From the human T2T-CHM13v2.0 reference genome, Homo sapiens: a DNA stretch of 64,000 bases. The position numbers were made by a program, and so were the translations under genes. The notes below the pieces were generated by a model that was not told the origin of the DNA, did no database searches, and saw only the letters and a program-made list of their open reading frames with translations. Each line of letters opens with the position of its first letter. The first letter of the stretch is position 1. Below, in pieces: positions 43,312-56,432 of this stretch. The stretch lies in assembly GCF_009914755.1 (NCBI RefSeq), contig NC_060947.1, one strand, 5' to 3'.

Positions 43312-43495
43312 TCAGGTGTTACAGGTCTGGCTCATTTCGGCTTGTAGGACCATCTCTTCTTTTCTCAAGGGAAAAGTGTCAATCAGGTTGAACAGGGCCA
43401 CAGGCATCACCAGGGAGACATAGCGCTCTTTGTCCATGCCATGCTTATCCACTAGCACCATACTGAAGAAGTAGAGTGGGATTCGCAGCAACAGC
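43312..43495 (-). CDS. SRPX: SRPX terminal coding exon 10 (RLLLRIPLYFFSMVLVDKHGMDKERYVSLVMPVALFNLIDTFPLRKEEMVLQAEMSQTCNT*)
   Basis: Minus acceptor tctgccacag|; 184 nt, phase 2; TGA at 43314-43312; matches the SRPX C-terminus as I recall it. Confidence 0.96.
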
Positions 43496-43981
43496 CTGTG
43501 GCAGACAAAGAAAAGAGGAGACTAAGTCAAACCATGACTCCCAAGGGTCCTGGTGGATCAACCAGAGCCTTACTGTGACAGTGTGCAGAGAAAGCTTTGA
43601 TACAATGAAGGACTGAATCATCCTTTAGACCCTGTCTACTCCAACTGTGACCCTTGAACCAGCAGCATCACATGAGAACTTGCTAGAAATGGAGACTCTC
43701 ATGCCCAACCCCAAACCTACTGAATTAGTGTCTGCATTACTATCAAGATCCCCAGATGACTGGTATGTACCTGAGAGGTTGAAAAGCACTGCTTTGGTTT
43801 TAGATTATAGTCAGGAAGACTTCAGGCGTACAATGGTGCCACATACCAACGTTTGGTACAAGGTGCATACAAGGCTAACAGATTTTTTTTATTAAATTGG
43901 AATCAATCCAAGTTTGGAATCAACCCAAAACCCACGTTTGCTGACTAGTGTTGCACGACCACATACACACTAGGACAAAGT

Positions 43982-44207
43982 CAGTGATTATGAACAGGGG
44001 TGATTTTGCTCCCCACCCCCAGGGGAAATTTGGCCATGTCTGGAGATATTTTTGGTTGTCACAGTGGAGAGTGAAGATGTGACCGGCATTTAGTGGGTAG
44101 AGGCCAGGAATGCTGCTAAACATCTTGCAATGCACAGCCAACTGTCCCCACCAAACAAAGAATTATCTGTTCCCACATAGCAATAGTGCCAAGGCTGAGA
44201 AACTCTG
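43982..44207. mobile_element. MER20 hAT MITE
   Basis: gggtgattttgc...tctggagatatttttggttgtcaca...gtgggtagaggccagg...ctgagaaactctg. Confidence 0.85.
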
Positions 44208-47200
44208 GGCTAGGTAAAGCTGATTGATATAATTTCCCAGCATGATAGTTCTGGCCTGTTCAGTGGCCAGCTCAGGACTGCAGAGTTATAAGGGATTGAG
44301 CTTGGTCTACAGCCCATGTATTCTGACTTGATTAATCATAATTTGTACCCCAAATAATTCCAAAAAAGAATATGAAGTGGTTTCAAGTGTCTGGTGTTCT
44401 TTCTGCTCTACCACACTAGAATTTAAACTAAAAAATATGATTTTTATATCAACACAAACATATTTAGATGGGAATAGCTAGAGAAAGCAAACAAACAGAT
44501 AAGCTGAGCCCAATGAATAAATGAGCCCACTCAGTCTCTTCTCCAGATTTTTTTTTCAGTTTAGATATTTTGAGATTATGTATGAGGCAGAATATACACT
44601 GCCATCTGGATTTAAAGTAAAATATGTTTTCCTCATACAAACAGATCAAGGTTAAAAAATCATTACATAGAACACAAACTACTTTTTTCTGCCTTTTAAG
44701 AGGGAGTTTCGAGGAAGAAGGGAATAATTTGTATTTTATCCCAGTGGGGAGCTAAATTGCCAGTTCACTCCCAGTGACTAGAAATGAAATAAAGAGGACA
44801 TGACAATACCTCTGCCAGGTTTCCTGCAGTGCTAAGAGGGGAGCTCAGAAGTAGATGACTGCAAAGTGCATTAATGAGTTCTGAACACGCGAATGTAGGC
44901 TGCAAAGGTGTGAATGAAGAGATAAAATGCTCTGCATCTTTAAGGGGAAGGATATTGAGTTTTCTTTTGGGAGCGTGGAGGAGTTCTGGTACAGGGAGCT
45001 CTCAGGAAACAGAGGAATAGGGAATGTGGTGGCTGAAGCCTGTGGGAAAGGGTGACCAATAAGAAATTGGAGCATTCATTTTTTTTATAGTGCTTGTGAG
45101 ACTAGGATGGGAACCCCCACCACCACCACCACGGTGCCACCATCTGCTACCATACACATTCCTGTGTAAGTCTTGTGCCTTCATTGACACAGAATGTAAA
45201 GAGGGAAAACTGTCATGGGAAGAGCTGAGTGGTTGGATCAGCAGGCTAGCAGCAGCCACAGGAATGCATCCCACTAGGGCCGAAAGACCACAGAAATCTT
45301 GGGGATGAATGATCAAACACCACACAAAATCGGGGATGAGGTGTGATGCCGACAGTATGCCTGAGTTACATATGTGTCTGTCGTCAGATTGGAAGGAGTT
45401 CTTCCTGGAAAGTCTTCCAGGGAACACTGTAGACTCAAAGAATAATGTGGGTATAGAAACTATGGCTTTCTTGGTCCCTGTCTTCCTTGAGATTGCTGGA
45501 AAATTCCTCTGGAAAGCATGAATCAGATCATACCTCCAGATAAAAAAGAAATGAGGGTAAGAAAGAAGGTAGGCGGTGACCCTGCAACCCCAGGCACCCA
45601 GTCTCTTCTTTCTGTTGACTCCCTTCAAGGGTTTTATCACGGCCTTGGTGCTATTTGAAAATAGCCAGACAAGAGAATTTTTACATTATGCAGGCATTAT
45701 GCTTTTCCTTCTCCTCTTTTGCTTCCCATTCTTTGCCTAAATCATCTTTTTTCCTCTGCACTAGACTCCAAGGTGTCTAAAAAACACCTTTCCAATTCAA
45801 AGGGAAAAAGTTCTGCCAAGCTCTTTGTTTCTCACTGATATGTTTGATAACACAGGCATGCCGGCCTGACACAGAATCCATTAGGTAATGCACCTGAGTG
45901 ATCATTTCTGTATGACATTTACCTGGACTATCATCCAGCTGCAAAATAGTGATTGACCCTTTCCTTGAAGGCTGCTGGGCAAAAATTCTATTTCAAACTG
46001 TAAAGGCTTTGGTAAAAAACTAGGCCAGTGGTCCTCACCATGTGGTCTCTTGGGAGCTCACGAGAAATGCAAATTCTCGGGTACGACCAGAGACCTACTG
46101 AATCAGAAACACAGTTTAGAGCCTACAGTGTAGACTCCAGCAATACGTATTTTAACAAGCCCTCCAGGGGATTCTGATGGAGGCTAAAAATTTGAGAACC
46201 ACGACATAATGTATTTAAAAATTATCTTCAGCCTATAGAAGTCTATGGTAGCCCCAATATATACAATCTGAATGACAAGTATTTTTTAATCACATTTTTC
46301 TGTTCTTCAAGTAGATTAAACAGTTTAAAATCACATCAAGATTTTATGAAGATGACATACACACACACATACACACACATTCAATCCAAAGACCATTCAG
46401 AAAATTCTGCAACAAGTTTTAAAAAATCATTGACACAGGATATGAGCAAGTAGTTCTAAATAAGCAACAGCTTCATAAAACCTACTTTGAAAATATTCAC
46501 CATAAATATTTAGATATCAACACAACTCTCTGTCTTAAGTTTTGTACACTTCAACTTGAAGTATTTGTATACTAACTGTAGATATACAATATACTTTTAA
46601 AAGCTATTATCACCTCTGGAAATAGTAAGGCTGTTTCAATGAAATTTTGAGTCATTTACTCCACTTAGCGCCAACATGGTGCCAGGTACTGTGCTAGGTA
46701 CTGAGTAGCCAATATTTGAAAGCTCTGCTACTGAAGTCGGTATGGGGAGGTGCTACATGCAAATGCAGTAAAATATAACAAAAACAAAAGCATATGAGTG
46801 TACCCAGCCTTCTCCATTCATCAGCCGACTAAAGAGAACTCATGAATCATCTTATTTTTCTTCCATCCTGGCCCTCTGAGTTTTTTCTTTCTTTCTTTCT
46901 TTCTTTTTTTTTTTTTTTTTTTTTTTACCTTGGTAGGAATGTGGCAGAATCTTTTTGGGTGGAAAGTGGTACAAATCAAACATGGGATGGGTCAAAGGCA
47001 GCTGGAAAACAGGGAAATTAGAGAAAGAAGCTATTGTGTCTATCTATAGCATCATTTGCTAAGGATATGTTTCTATCATATAACCTCTCAAGGAATTTCT
47101 GTGCCTTCTGAACAGGTGTGATAGGGTTTACCAAGTCCCATTTCATTTTCTTCTTTCTGGCAATACAGAAAGACTGCATTTCCCAGCCTCCCTTAAAAGT

Positions 47201-48060
47201 GAATTGCAATCATGTAACTAGTTCTGGCCAATGAACTAAGAGAGTGAGCAAGGTGTGGCACCTCCAACGTGAAGCATAAAGGAGTCAGTGTGAGTTTTTA
47301 CTCTCTTTCCCCACTTTTGCAGAAGCCTGAAAGCCACGTGTTCGAGATGTTTGTAACTGCCTGAGGCCCTGAGAGACAGGGAGCAGCCTGGGACCCTGAA
47401 AACAGAGATCTGTACTCTCCCATGCAGTGTGTGAGAGAAAAGGCTGGGTGAGAAAGGAAGATTTTAAGGAGTTTTGCTTTAGCCTAATTATCGATTTCAC
47501 AGTGGTCAAGAGATGCAAGTAGAAATTTGGGTTATTCTGAAATTACCTTTTGGTTGTTGAATTCTGCTTCTTTAATACATCATTATTCAGAGACTAAAAT
47601 CCATGGCTCCAACTTTGTAAGGGTTATGAAACTAAAATATAATTGTTAAAATAAAGGTATGAACAAGTGTTCTGGAAGCATGGAGAAAAAAGAGACCAAG
47701 CCTGGGAAGTCTAATTGGATGCATGCTCTTCTAATAAGACCATGATTGCTTAAGTCTTTTCTTCAGGTGCTCCTCTCCTAACCATCCTTCCTCCACCAAC
47801 CACACACACACATACACACACATGAAGCAAAAACGGTTGGTTGGAGGGAGTAAGAAAGAACACTGGTAATTACCCACTGCACAATTTATTTGAACAAACA
47901 GCAACATACTGATTAGTATGGTTATAACACTCCCAGAATAAAAGCAATTAAACATTGAAGGTTGCCTGAACTCAATCCTGAATAGAAAGAAACCAGGGAA
48001 CCTAATCAGTTAAAAATGCATTCACAGGGGATAAGATTTAAGAACAGAACTTCCCCCTAC

Positions 48061-48182
48061 CTGAGCTGCAGCGCTAGGGCTGGAGGCATAATCTTTGCTC
48101 CTATCCTGCCAATGAGAGTCGGGAACACACCCACCAGCTCCACCACGGTGATGTGTCGAAGATCAAGGCCACACTGTGCTTG
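48061..48182 (-). CDS. SRPX: SRPX exon 9 (QAQCGLDLRHITVVELVGVFPTLIGRIGAKIMPPALALQLR)
   Basis: ttttcccag| and |gtaggg; 122 nt, phase 0 to 2. Confidence 0.95.
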
Positions 48183-49071
48183 CTGGGAAAAAGAAAACCC
48201 AACAGGGGAAGTATGAGCATGGCTAAAAAAGACATCCTTATCAAACTAGAAACCGACAGAAGCAGCACTGGCCTGTCTCTGGAAGTTTATTTGCTCACTC
48301 TGAACTGTCCTGAAAACAGATGAGAAATTGGGGTTAAGATAGTGGCTATAAAACCTAAATACCTTTGCTAGAGGAATCATTCAGATATGGCTTGACAGTG
48401 GGATTTTGAAAACCTAAGCAAAAGGGCAGTCTATGTATTTCCAGACAGGGTGAGACCTTGAGTGAGTCAAATTTCCTAAAAAGTATCCAAGACCACCCCA
48501 GAGGATTCTAATTTTTCTTTGCAAGGAGAGAAGACTATTTCCAGAGTCCACTTCTCTGCCCTGTTTCCACTCTCCACACTCCCCTGCCCTATGCCCTCCA
48601 CACCCAATCCCAGGGGAAAAGAGGATAAAAGGTTCCAAGCCTCTAAGCTGGCTCTTGGCAAGAACCTTGGGAATGTGGCCCAGTCAACCACGAGGAGGGC
48701 TCATCAGGAATGGCAATGGCAATAAAAAAAAAAAAAGTAATGTAAGACAAATATGATGAATTTGGCTAAATGGGAAAAGAAATTTTGAAGTCTTGAAAGA
48801 CGAAAACATCAAATATGTTTTACCAAAATTCCACTGAAACGTCCCTATATGAGGTTACAGAACTGGTTGAAAAGTTTAAAAAGTTAGAAATAGACTTTTG
48901 TATTACTCTCACTGAAATGCCTAAGTCAATCAAACCTTTCTTTGAAGGCTCTGGTTAAAATGCAAATGTAAGTATATTTGGAGGAGGAGGGCACACCAAA
49001 ACATCTTGATATAAAATATCTTATCCAACCAGTTGTTAAGTTAGCAAGTGTCTGAAGGGATGGGACAGACT

Positions 49072-49274
49072 AGAGCAACGATGGCAATCTTTCTCTGTAA
49101 AGGGCCAGAGAGTACTTCAGGCTTGGCAAGGTTGGATTGCCTCTGTCCTAACCACTTCACCCATCATTGTAGTGCAAAAGCAGTTGTAGATCATGCACAA
49201 ATGAATTAGTGTGGCTGTGTCCAATAAAAGTTAATTTACCGAAACTAGCCATGGGTCACCATAGTTTGCTGACA
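49072..49274. mobile_element. MER58A-type hAT MITE
   Basis: tctgtaaagggccaga...gtggctgtgtccaataaaa...atagtttgctgac. Confidence 0.75.
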
Positions 49275-50494
49275 CAGAGGAAAAGCAAGTTGTTTGGCTT
49301 AATTCATTTTCCTATGGAATAAGAAGAGATGAGGAAATGCATGATCATGGAATATAGCCTGCAATGCCAGTTTCCCACAAAAGACAGAGGTATAAGCTTG
49401 TGTTTTCTGAAGAGCAAGCCCCTGGCTTGGACAAGGAGATACAAGGGGAGGTAAGCTGGTGGGGACCAGGGGTAAAGATGCAATGAATTTGGTTCCTATC
49501 AAGGGAACTCACAAAAATTTTATATGGCTCTTCAGAGTTCATAGGCAATTCTTCAAGTACGTGGGAAGAGTGAAAAGAGACTTATTATTATCCATTTTAT
49601 TAATGCTGATATGAGAAGTAAATTGTAGCCTTTGATTAAATCAATACTGTTCTAAGCACTTAGTTCTATCCACTGTAATAAATGAATAAAATAGTCTCAA
49701 AAAAATGTGCAGCACTGTATCCATGGCACAGCATACATCCTGCCTCTTTAGTATTCAGTGAAGTTGGCCACTCTTTTGCAAACCAGCCTCAGGACAAAAG
49801 CAAGCAATTTCTAGTTTGATCCTTACAGTTTCTAGTCAGCCTTCCCCACACACCCAAGATGTTGGTTGCCTCATTTAGTAGCTACAAAATTTACATAGCT
49901 GAGAAGGACACATTTCCCAGAAAAGTGACCCTCAAACTTTAGAGTGCTTAGGAATCACCTGGAGATTTTGTTAAAAGTGTAGATTCTGACACAGTAGGTC
50001 TGGGAGGGGCCCTGAGAATTGGCATGTCTATCAAGCTCCCAGGTGATGCTGATGCTTCTGGTCCGGTCCATGGATCACACGTTGAGAACCACTTTTCTAA
50101 GAAAAAATGGCTGTCACCCTCTGAGTCAAAGAAATTCCCTGGGGAAAAATGTGGGCAGGCAACTAATTGATTGCTTCCAGCCAGGCATATCCTGGACAGG
50201 TTTGGCAAAGACAATTGTTCTGTGGCTAGGCCTGGACAGCATGTCAATTAGACTTATTGGTGAAGACAGACAAACCTCATTAGTTGGAAAACGATTGGGT
50301 TAACTCTAAGGAGTCAATGTTAATCAGGTTATGGCCCAGAACCAGAAATGAATGGTGGTAGCTCTAAAGTGCCACTTCCTGAAACTCACTGTAAGTGCAT
50401 TAGGCACTGAATCTGGCCTTTGCTTTTAGTGAAATGGCTGGGCCCTTCCTGTTAAAGGTCTCCCTCTCACCTTGGCCCTGCCTCGAGGACTCAC

Positions 50495-50628
50495 CTGCAG
50501 CATTCCTAGCTGGAGCCGGTAAAGGAGGTTTCGGGCTGTGGGTGTGGACACAATGAGGAGTCTCCTTTTCTCATAAAACTGATCCAGAAGTGCAGCTGCC
50601 GTTCTGACACCCACATTGACGTTCATGG
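50495..50628 (-). CDS. SRPX: SRPX exon 8 (AMNVNVGVRTAAALLDQFYEKRRLLIVSTPTARNLLYRLQLGMLQ), start of the C-terminal DUF4174/thioredoxin-like domain
   Basis: gattacag| and |gtgagt; 134 nt, phase 1 to 0; FYEKRRLLIVS motif shared by SRPX/SRPX2/CCDC80. Confidence 0.96.
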
Positions 50629-50803
50629 CTGTAATCAGAAATGGCCACATGGGTCAGAAACCTTCCACTTGTTCTGGCTCAACAGAGCCTATGATGACAC
50701 ACAGAACCATTTGTGTAAGAAGTAAACCCTGAGATAAGGATTCAAGTGTAAACAGTTTATTTGGGAGGCAGTCCCAAGAAGCGCCTGTGGAGGAGTACGG
50801 AAG

Positions 50804-51322
50804 TATATTCACTTCCTCTTGCTGCTGTAACAAATCACCATAAACTTAGTGACTTAACATAATACAAACTTATTCTTTTAGATACTGCAGGTCAGGATCT
50901 AAAAGATCCTGGTCTCATGGAGCTAAAATCAAGGTGTTGGCAGGGCTATGCTCCCATGGAGGTTCTAGGGGAGAATCTGATTTCTTGTCTTTTTCAGCAT
51001 CGAGAGGCCACATTCATTCCTTGGCTAGTAGTCCCTTCCTCCATCTTCAAAGACAGCAGTGTAGCATCTTCAAATCTCTCTTCTCTCTGACCTCTCCTTC
51101 CATCGTCTCTTTCTATGACTCTGACATCAGTTCTGCCTCCTTTATATAAGAAGGCTTGTGATTACATTGGGCCCACTGGGTAATTCAGGATACTCTTCCC
51201 ATTTCAAAATCCTTAACTTATTACATCTGTAAAGTCCCTTTTTTCATGTAAGGTAACATATTCTCAGGTTCCAGGGACTAGGATGTGGACATCTTTGGTG
51301 GACCATTATTCTGTCTATGTCA
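50804..51322. mobile_element. MLT1C-like solo LTR nested in an older LTR16-like element (~50720-51700), 5-bp TSD ggaag
   Basis: ggaag at 50799-50803 and 51323-51327; gctgctgtaacaaat...gagctaaaatcaaggtgttggcagggct. Confidence 0.8.
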
Positions 51323-52298
51323 GGAAGTGAGACAGTGAAGGAAAGAAAACAATACCAATTGGTTATCAAGCAAGTTTTTGCTGTGGGCATTTGGAACTCA
51401 CTCCCACTGGGGAACTCTAGGAGATGATATACAACATACCTCCAGAATTAACCCACTGGAGGGAACTGGAGTATTTATACAATTGCTCCATCATTGCTGA
51501 GGGCTGCTTCTGGGGCACTAACTCTCCATCACTTCCAGCTGGCTCTGTGCATGGGCTGACAATGCTTTCATAGCCAGGAAAGAAATGCTCTCAGACAGAC
51601 AGACCCAGTTAATTGCGGTAAGTAGCCTTTTGAACACAGATGGGAATGTGAAAGGCATATGGGCCAAGCACCATAGTATCTGCTGGGGAAAGGGGTGCAG
51701 AGAGGCAGAAGGGTAAGAGAATGGGCAGTGGCCAGGCTGGCTTTGGAATGGCTCAGAATCTCTGAAGTCTGCCTCCTTGGTGCAGAAGGGACAAAGCAAT
51801 GTGGGGCACAAAGGCCACAGAGCAAACAACACAGGCATACAGGACATGGGACAAGGCGGTTTTATAATAGGTCTTCCCTTTAAGCAAATAAATGACAACT
51901 AATTCCAGCTGTTCAAGGTCAATGAAGGATGTCGTATAGATAGGCAAGCAAAAGGCTTAGCCCCAGAGAAGAAATAATAAGAGAAAAACTAGTAGATGCC
52001 ATGTATGATTTATAATCTTGGTTTTCATATTTCACATTTTAGGTTTGCATTGAAGTATTTGTTCATTCACACATTCATTCATTCAGCCATTATATACTGA
52101 GTGCCTGCCATGTGCCAAGCTCTATGCTAGGTACTAGGATGTCACACTGAGTGATACACAGTTCCTGCCCTCTTTCCTGCCCTCTTCCCTGCCCCAGGGA
52201 CTCAGAGTCTAGGATAGCTCTGGTCAAGAGAAATACAATGTAAGCCACTATATTTAATCTTAAATTTTCTAGTTGCCTCATTAAAAAAGTGTAAAGAG

Positions 52299-52640
<342 letters not shown>

Positions 52641-53615
52641 TTATCTAACCCAATATATCCAAAATATTTCATTTCAACATGTAATCAATATAAAAAATTA
52701 AGATACTTTATATTCTTTTTCACACTAAGATTTTGAAATTGGTATATATTTTACACTTATAGCATATCTCAATTCAGAATAGCCTCATAGGTGGTGGGCA
52801 TGAAGTCCTTAGGTAGGGAGTCTATAATAGGTGTGTTCTTTCTACTTTAATACATGAAATTGAAGAATCTCAGGCATTTAGCTGATGGTATATATGTCTC
52901 TCTGTCACTTAACTCTAAATGGGGGCTTCAATTAAAAGAAAGTGATAAAGATGAAAGGGTGCCAGGAAATGAGAAAAAGAGAAGTCTATAAACAAGAGAT
53001 ACATACATAATTTTCTGGCTAGTCCAAGTTTCAGACTCATTACCCAGCCCAATTTTTCTTCATCAGGAATAAGAGCTGGCATAAGGCTTTGCCTGTACCA
53101 GGCACTGCTCTATTCCACTGTTCCACAGATGACCTCATTTAATCCTTACAACTCAAGAGGTAGATGAGGTATTATTTTCTTCATTTTACATAGGAGGAAA
53201 GATTCCAAATGCCCAAAGTCTATGTAACTTTCATGCCAGTGATGCAAAGCAGGTATGATATTGTCTCTACATGGCAATTTACTAGCTTTATAAATAAGAT
53301 CCTTACATTTCTAGAACAAAGGAAACTAGAGCAAATTTTGCTGATTCATAATGTCACCAAAGGCTGGCCCTAGGTTCCTACCTTGAGCTTCTTCCTTAGA
53401 GGACATGAAAAGGAAATTAGAGGATAGGCAGGGGCAAGATGGATGGCAGATGAGATGAGCTGCAGCAGGGATCTAGGGACTATGTTCATCCACTCAGATA
53501 AAGAGGGATGGCCATGAACTTCTCAAAGTATATGAAGGGAAACCTCTCTTGCACTGGAATCAAGAACCAAGGGGTTTACAGGTTCTGCTGCAGGCTGGAG
53601 GGGCGGCATACCTAC

Positions 53616-53795
53616 CTGCACAGGTGGGCTCCGTGCCAGACCAAGCCAGGTTGGATTGACATACTCGGGCAGGGCTACCCTGGAGCTCATAGCCGCCGAT
53701 GCAGGAGAACTCACAGGTGGCTCCATAATTATCACCGTCGCTGGAGCACTTCATGTAACCATTCTCTGGGGCATTGAGTTTGCCACAGCGTTTGA
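53616..53795 (-). CDS. SRPX: SRPX exon 7, third sushi/CCP domain ([60 protein letters not shown])
   Basis: cctacag| and |gtaggt; 180 nt symmetric phase 1-1; sushi Cys/Trp pattern. Confidence 0.97.
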
Positions 53796-54531
53796 CTGTA
53801 GGGACACAAGTCCAGAGGGGTCTCAGTGCTGAGCTCCCATCCACAGAGTAAGCAGAAAAGGTGAGGATGCAGAGGCATCAGCTTTGCAATCAGGCTTCTA
53901 CATCAGCCTGTGAAATGAGTGAGGGAGGAGGGATGACTATTTGGTCAGTGAGTGAGTCTTGCAATGGTCACCATCCATACCAATGAGACCACTGATATCA
54001 ACTGGTTTCGCCCCTAGTGTTATAGATGAGGAAGTGAAGTCCAGAAGAGTAAGGAGTAAAGATGGTTAGCAATTAGTTGCCCAAACCATCAGGCATAAAA
54101 TAATCCTTAAAAACATTTTCTTTCATACCAATGGTACTAGAACACTAAAAACATGTTCTCCTGGTGGCCCAAATTAGGGGGCTCCTATTCACCCTGGTTG
54201 TAGATGGACTCACAGGCTTCAGCTGGCCACCTAAGCTCAGGGATGGAAAAATTATTGAATAATATTCTTCTAGGACAGTCAGCTATGGGATCCTGTAAGA
54301 CTAGTCCTGGGAACTCCTTAAATAATCTGGCAACACTGACGCCCATCCGGATGTGTATCGTGAAATTCAGGCATTAAGATAGGGCACTTCCCCAAGCCTT
54401 ATTAGAGACTAATCTAAAGCTGGCAAGTCTCCCACCACAGTAGGCACTTGAGAGAGTTCTGGCTTGAGGACCTACTTCCCTTTGCTCTTCTAAAGAGAGG
54501 GGGAAACAAAACCAATAAGCAGTACTCTTAC

Positions 54532-54653
54532 CTCTTACTTTAACTCGAAATTTGCAAGTGCCCTTATTCTCAGCTCTGTCATAGACTGTGTACTGGATCT
54601 TGTGGTCTCCTTCTGGAAAGTTGGAGCCTGGGGGGAGGCCTTTTAGAATGACA
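54532..54653 (-). CDS. SRPX: SRPX exon 6, HYR domain second half ([40 protein letters not shown])
   Basis: ttttctctaag| and |gtaaga; 122 nt, phase 2 to 1; HYR FPxG..V.D...N...C.F.V motif. Confidence 0.95.
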
Positions 54654-56130
54654 CTTAGAGAAAAAAAATCAGAAACAGGAAAGATGACATTATGGACCTG
54701 ACAAGCAAGTGACGATCCCCTACTCTTTACAGGACATGGAGAGACTGAGGGGCAACCATTAGACCAGTTTAAATAAAACAAAAATTTCTTGAAGAATAGA
54801 ATCTCCTAAGCTTTAGTCTGTTTTAGAAGAGCAGTTTGTGACCAGAAAATGGAAGACCCAAACTACTGGGAAGCTTAGACTTTTTTCTTGCTGAAGGGTA
54901 GAATGGTAGGGAAGTGGGTAGAGGGGGGAGGGAGGATGAAAAATATAGGGCCCAAGTCTCCTCCTTCAATCTCACTCTTGTTCCAGGGGGGACCTGAATT
55001 GCCTCACTGTTGGGAAGACGAGGGAATTTTCTGTGAGGAAAATCATTAGAGAATATAGTCCAAGCAGTCACTGGCAATTTGGGCCTGCAGGGCGGGGGTG
55101 GGTGCTAGAACTTTCTCTGTTCTTTCTGTCTGGGACAGTGGAGACCTAAAGGCAAGTTCTCTGTGATTCCTTGGTTATCCTAATAACATAATAATAATGA
55201 CAAAAAGTGTTCTTTGCACTTACATAAACCTTACATGTTAGGCATGGTTCTAGGCATTTTGCATATATTTACTTAATCCTCCTTATTTAATCCAACAACC
55301 CTATAAGGTAGGTAGTATTATCTCTGATTCACAGATGAGGAAACTGAGGCACAAAAAGGCTAAAGAACTTGCCCAAGGTCACACAGCTAGGGTGAGTTTA
55401 TCTTTTTTCTTGGCTGCCTAATGAGGACACCAATAAGTATAGCAGGATCAAAATCCACGTTCTGTTTTTCAATATACATATAATTCCCCATCTCCCTACA
55501 GTTCTGGGAATGATGAGAATATTTGCTAATAATGAACACGTGGAATTATCATTGTCACCATTGAGGAAAGCCTTACATGTAGGTGGGTGAGGTGGCTGTT
55601 TACCAGGTATGAGAGAGGGGTCTTGGGAAAATGTCAGAAATCCCACTATTTTGAGACATGCTGCTGTTGGCTTTAGATGCTTTAAGGTCTTTAGAAAGCA
55701 CAGTTTAAATTCAGATAAACCTGAGAGGAGTGATACTTCAAATATAAGTGGATGTAACCTTTCTGAGACTTTGTTTCACCTGTGACATGCAAATAACAGA
55801 AGGAGTAAATAAGGGAACTCACAAGAAGCACTTGTCTCAGAGCTTGACACTAGAACCTTCTCCCTCACAAGGGAGCGATAGAGCAGTAGCTTGGATAGGA
55901 AATGGTGGAAGGGGTCATAGGAGAAATGCCAGGGCAGCAAGGAGCCCTAGTGAGAGCGAAAAGGGAACAAGACAGCCTTCTCTGAACTCCTCATCCTGTT
56001 GGAGTGCATTCCCACCACATCCTGCTCTAAGCCTTTCTGGCCTCTGGGTTGTAGAACTCTGGAAGCAGACAGCTGCTCTGAACAAAGGGACAGGAGAATA
56101 CTGAGATGCTGTTTTAAAATGTAACAATCC

Positions 56131-56432
56131 TGCCGGGTGCAGTGGCTCATGAATGTAATCCCAGCACTTTTGGAGGCTGAGGCAGGCAGATCACCTGAGG
56201 TCAGGAGTGCAAGACCAGCCTGGCCAACATGGCAAAAACCCATCTCTACTAAAAATACAAAAATTAGCAGGGCATGGTGGTGCACACCTGTAATCCCAGC
56301 TACTCAGGAGACTGAGTCAGGAGAATCACTTGAACCTGGGAGGCGGAGGTTGCTGTGAGCCAAGATCGTGCCACTGCACTCCAGCCTGGGCAACAGAGTG
56401 AGAATCTGTCTCAAAAAATAAAAAAATCAAAT
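56131..56432 (+). mobile_element. AluS with TSD
   Basis: taaaatgtaacaatcct / taaaatgtaacactcct flanks. Confidence 0.92.
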
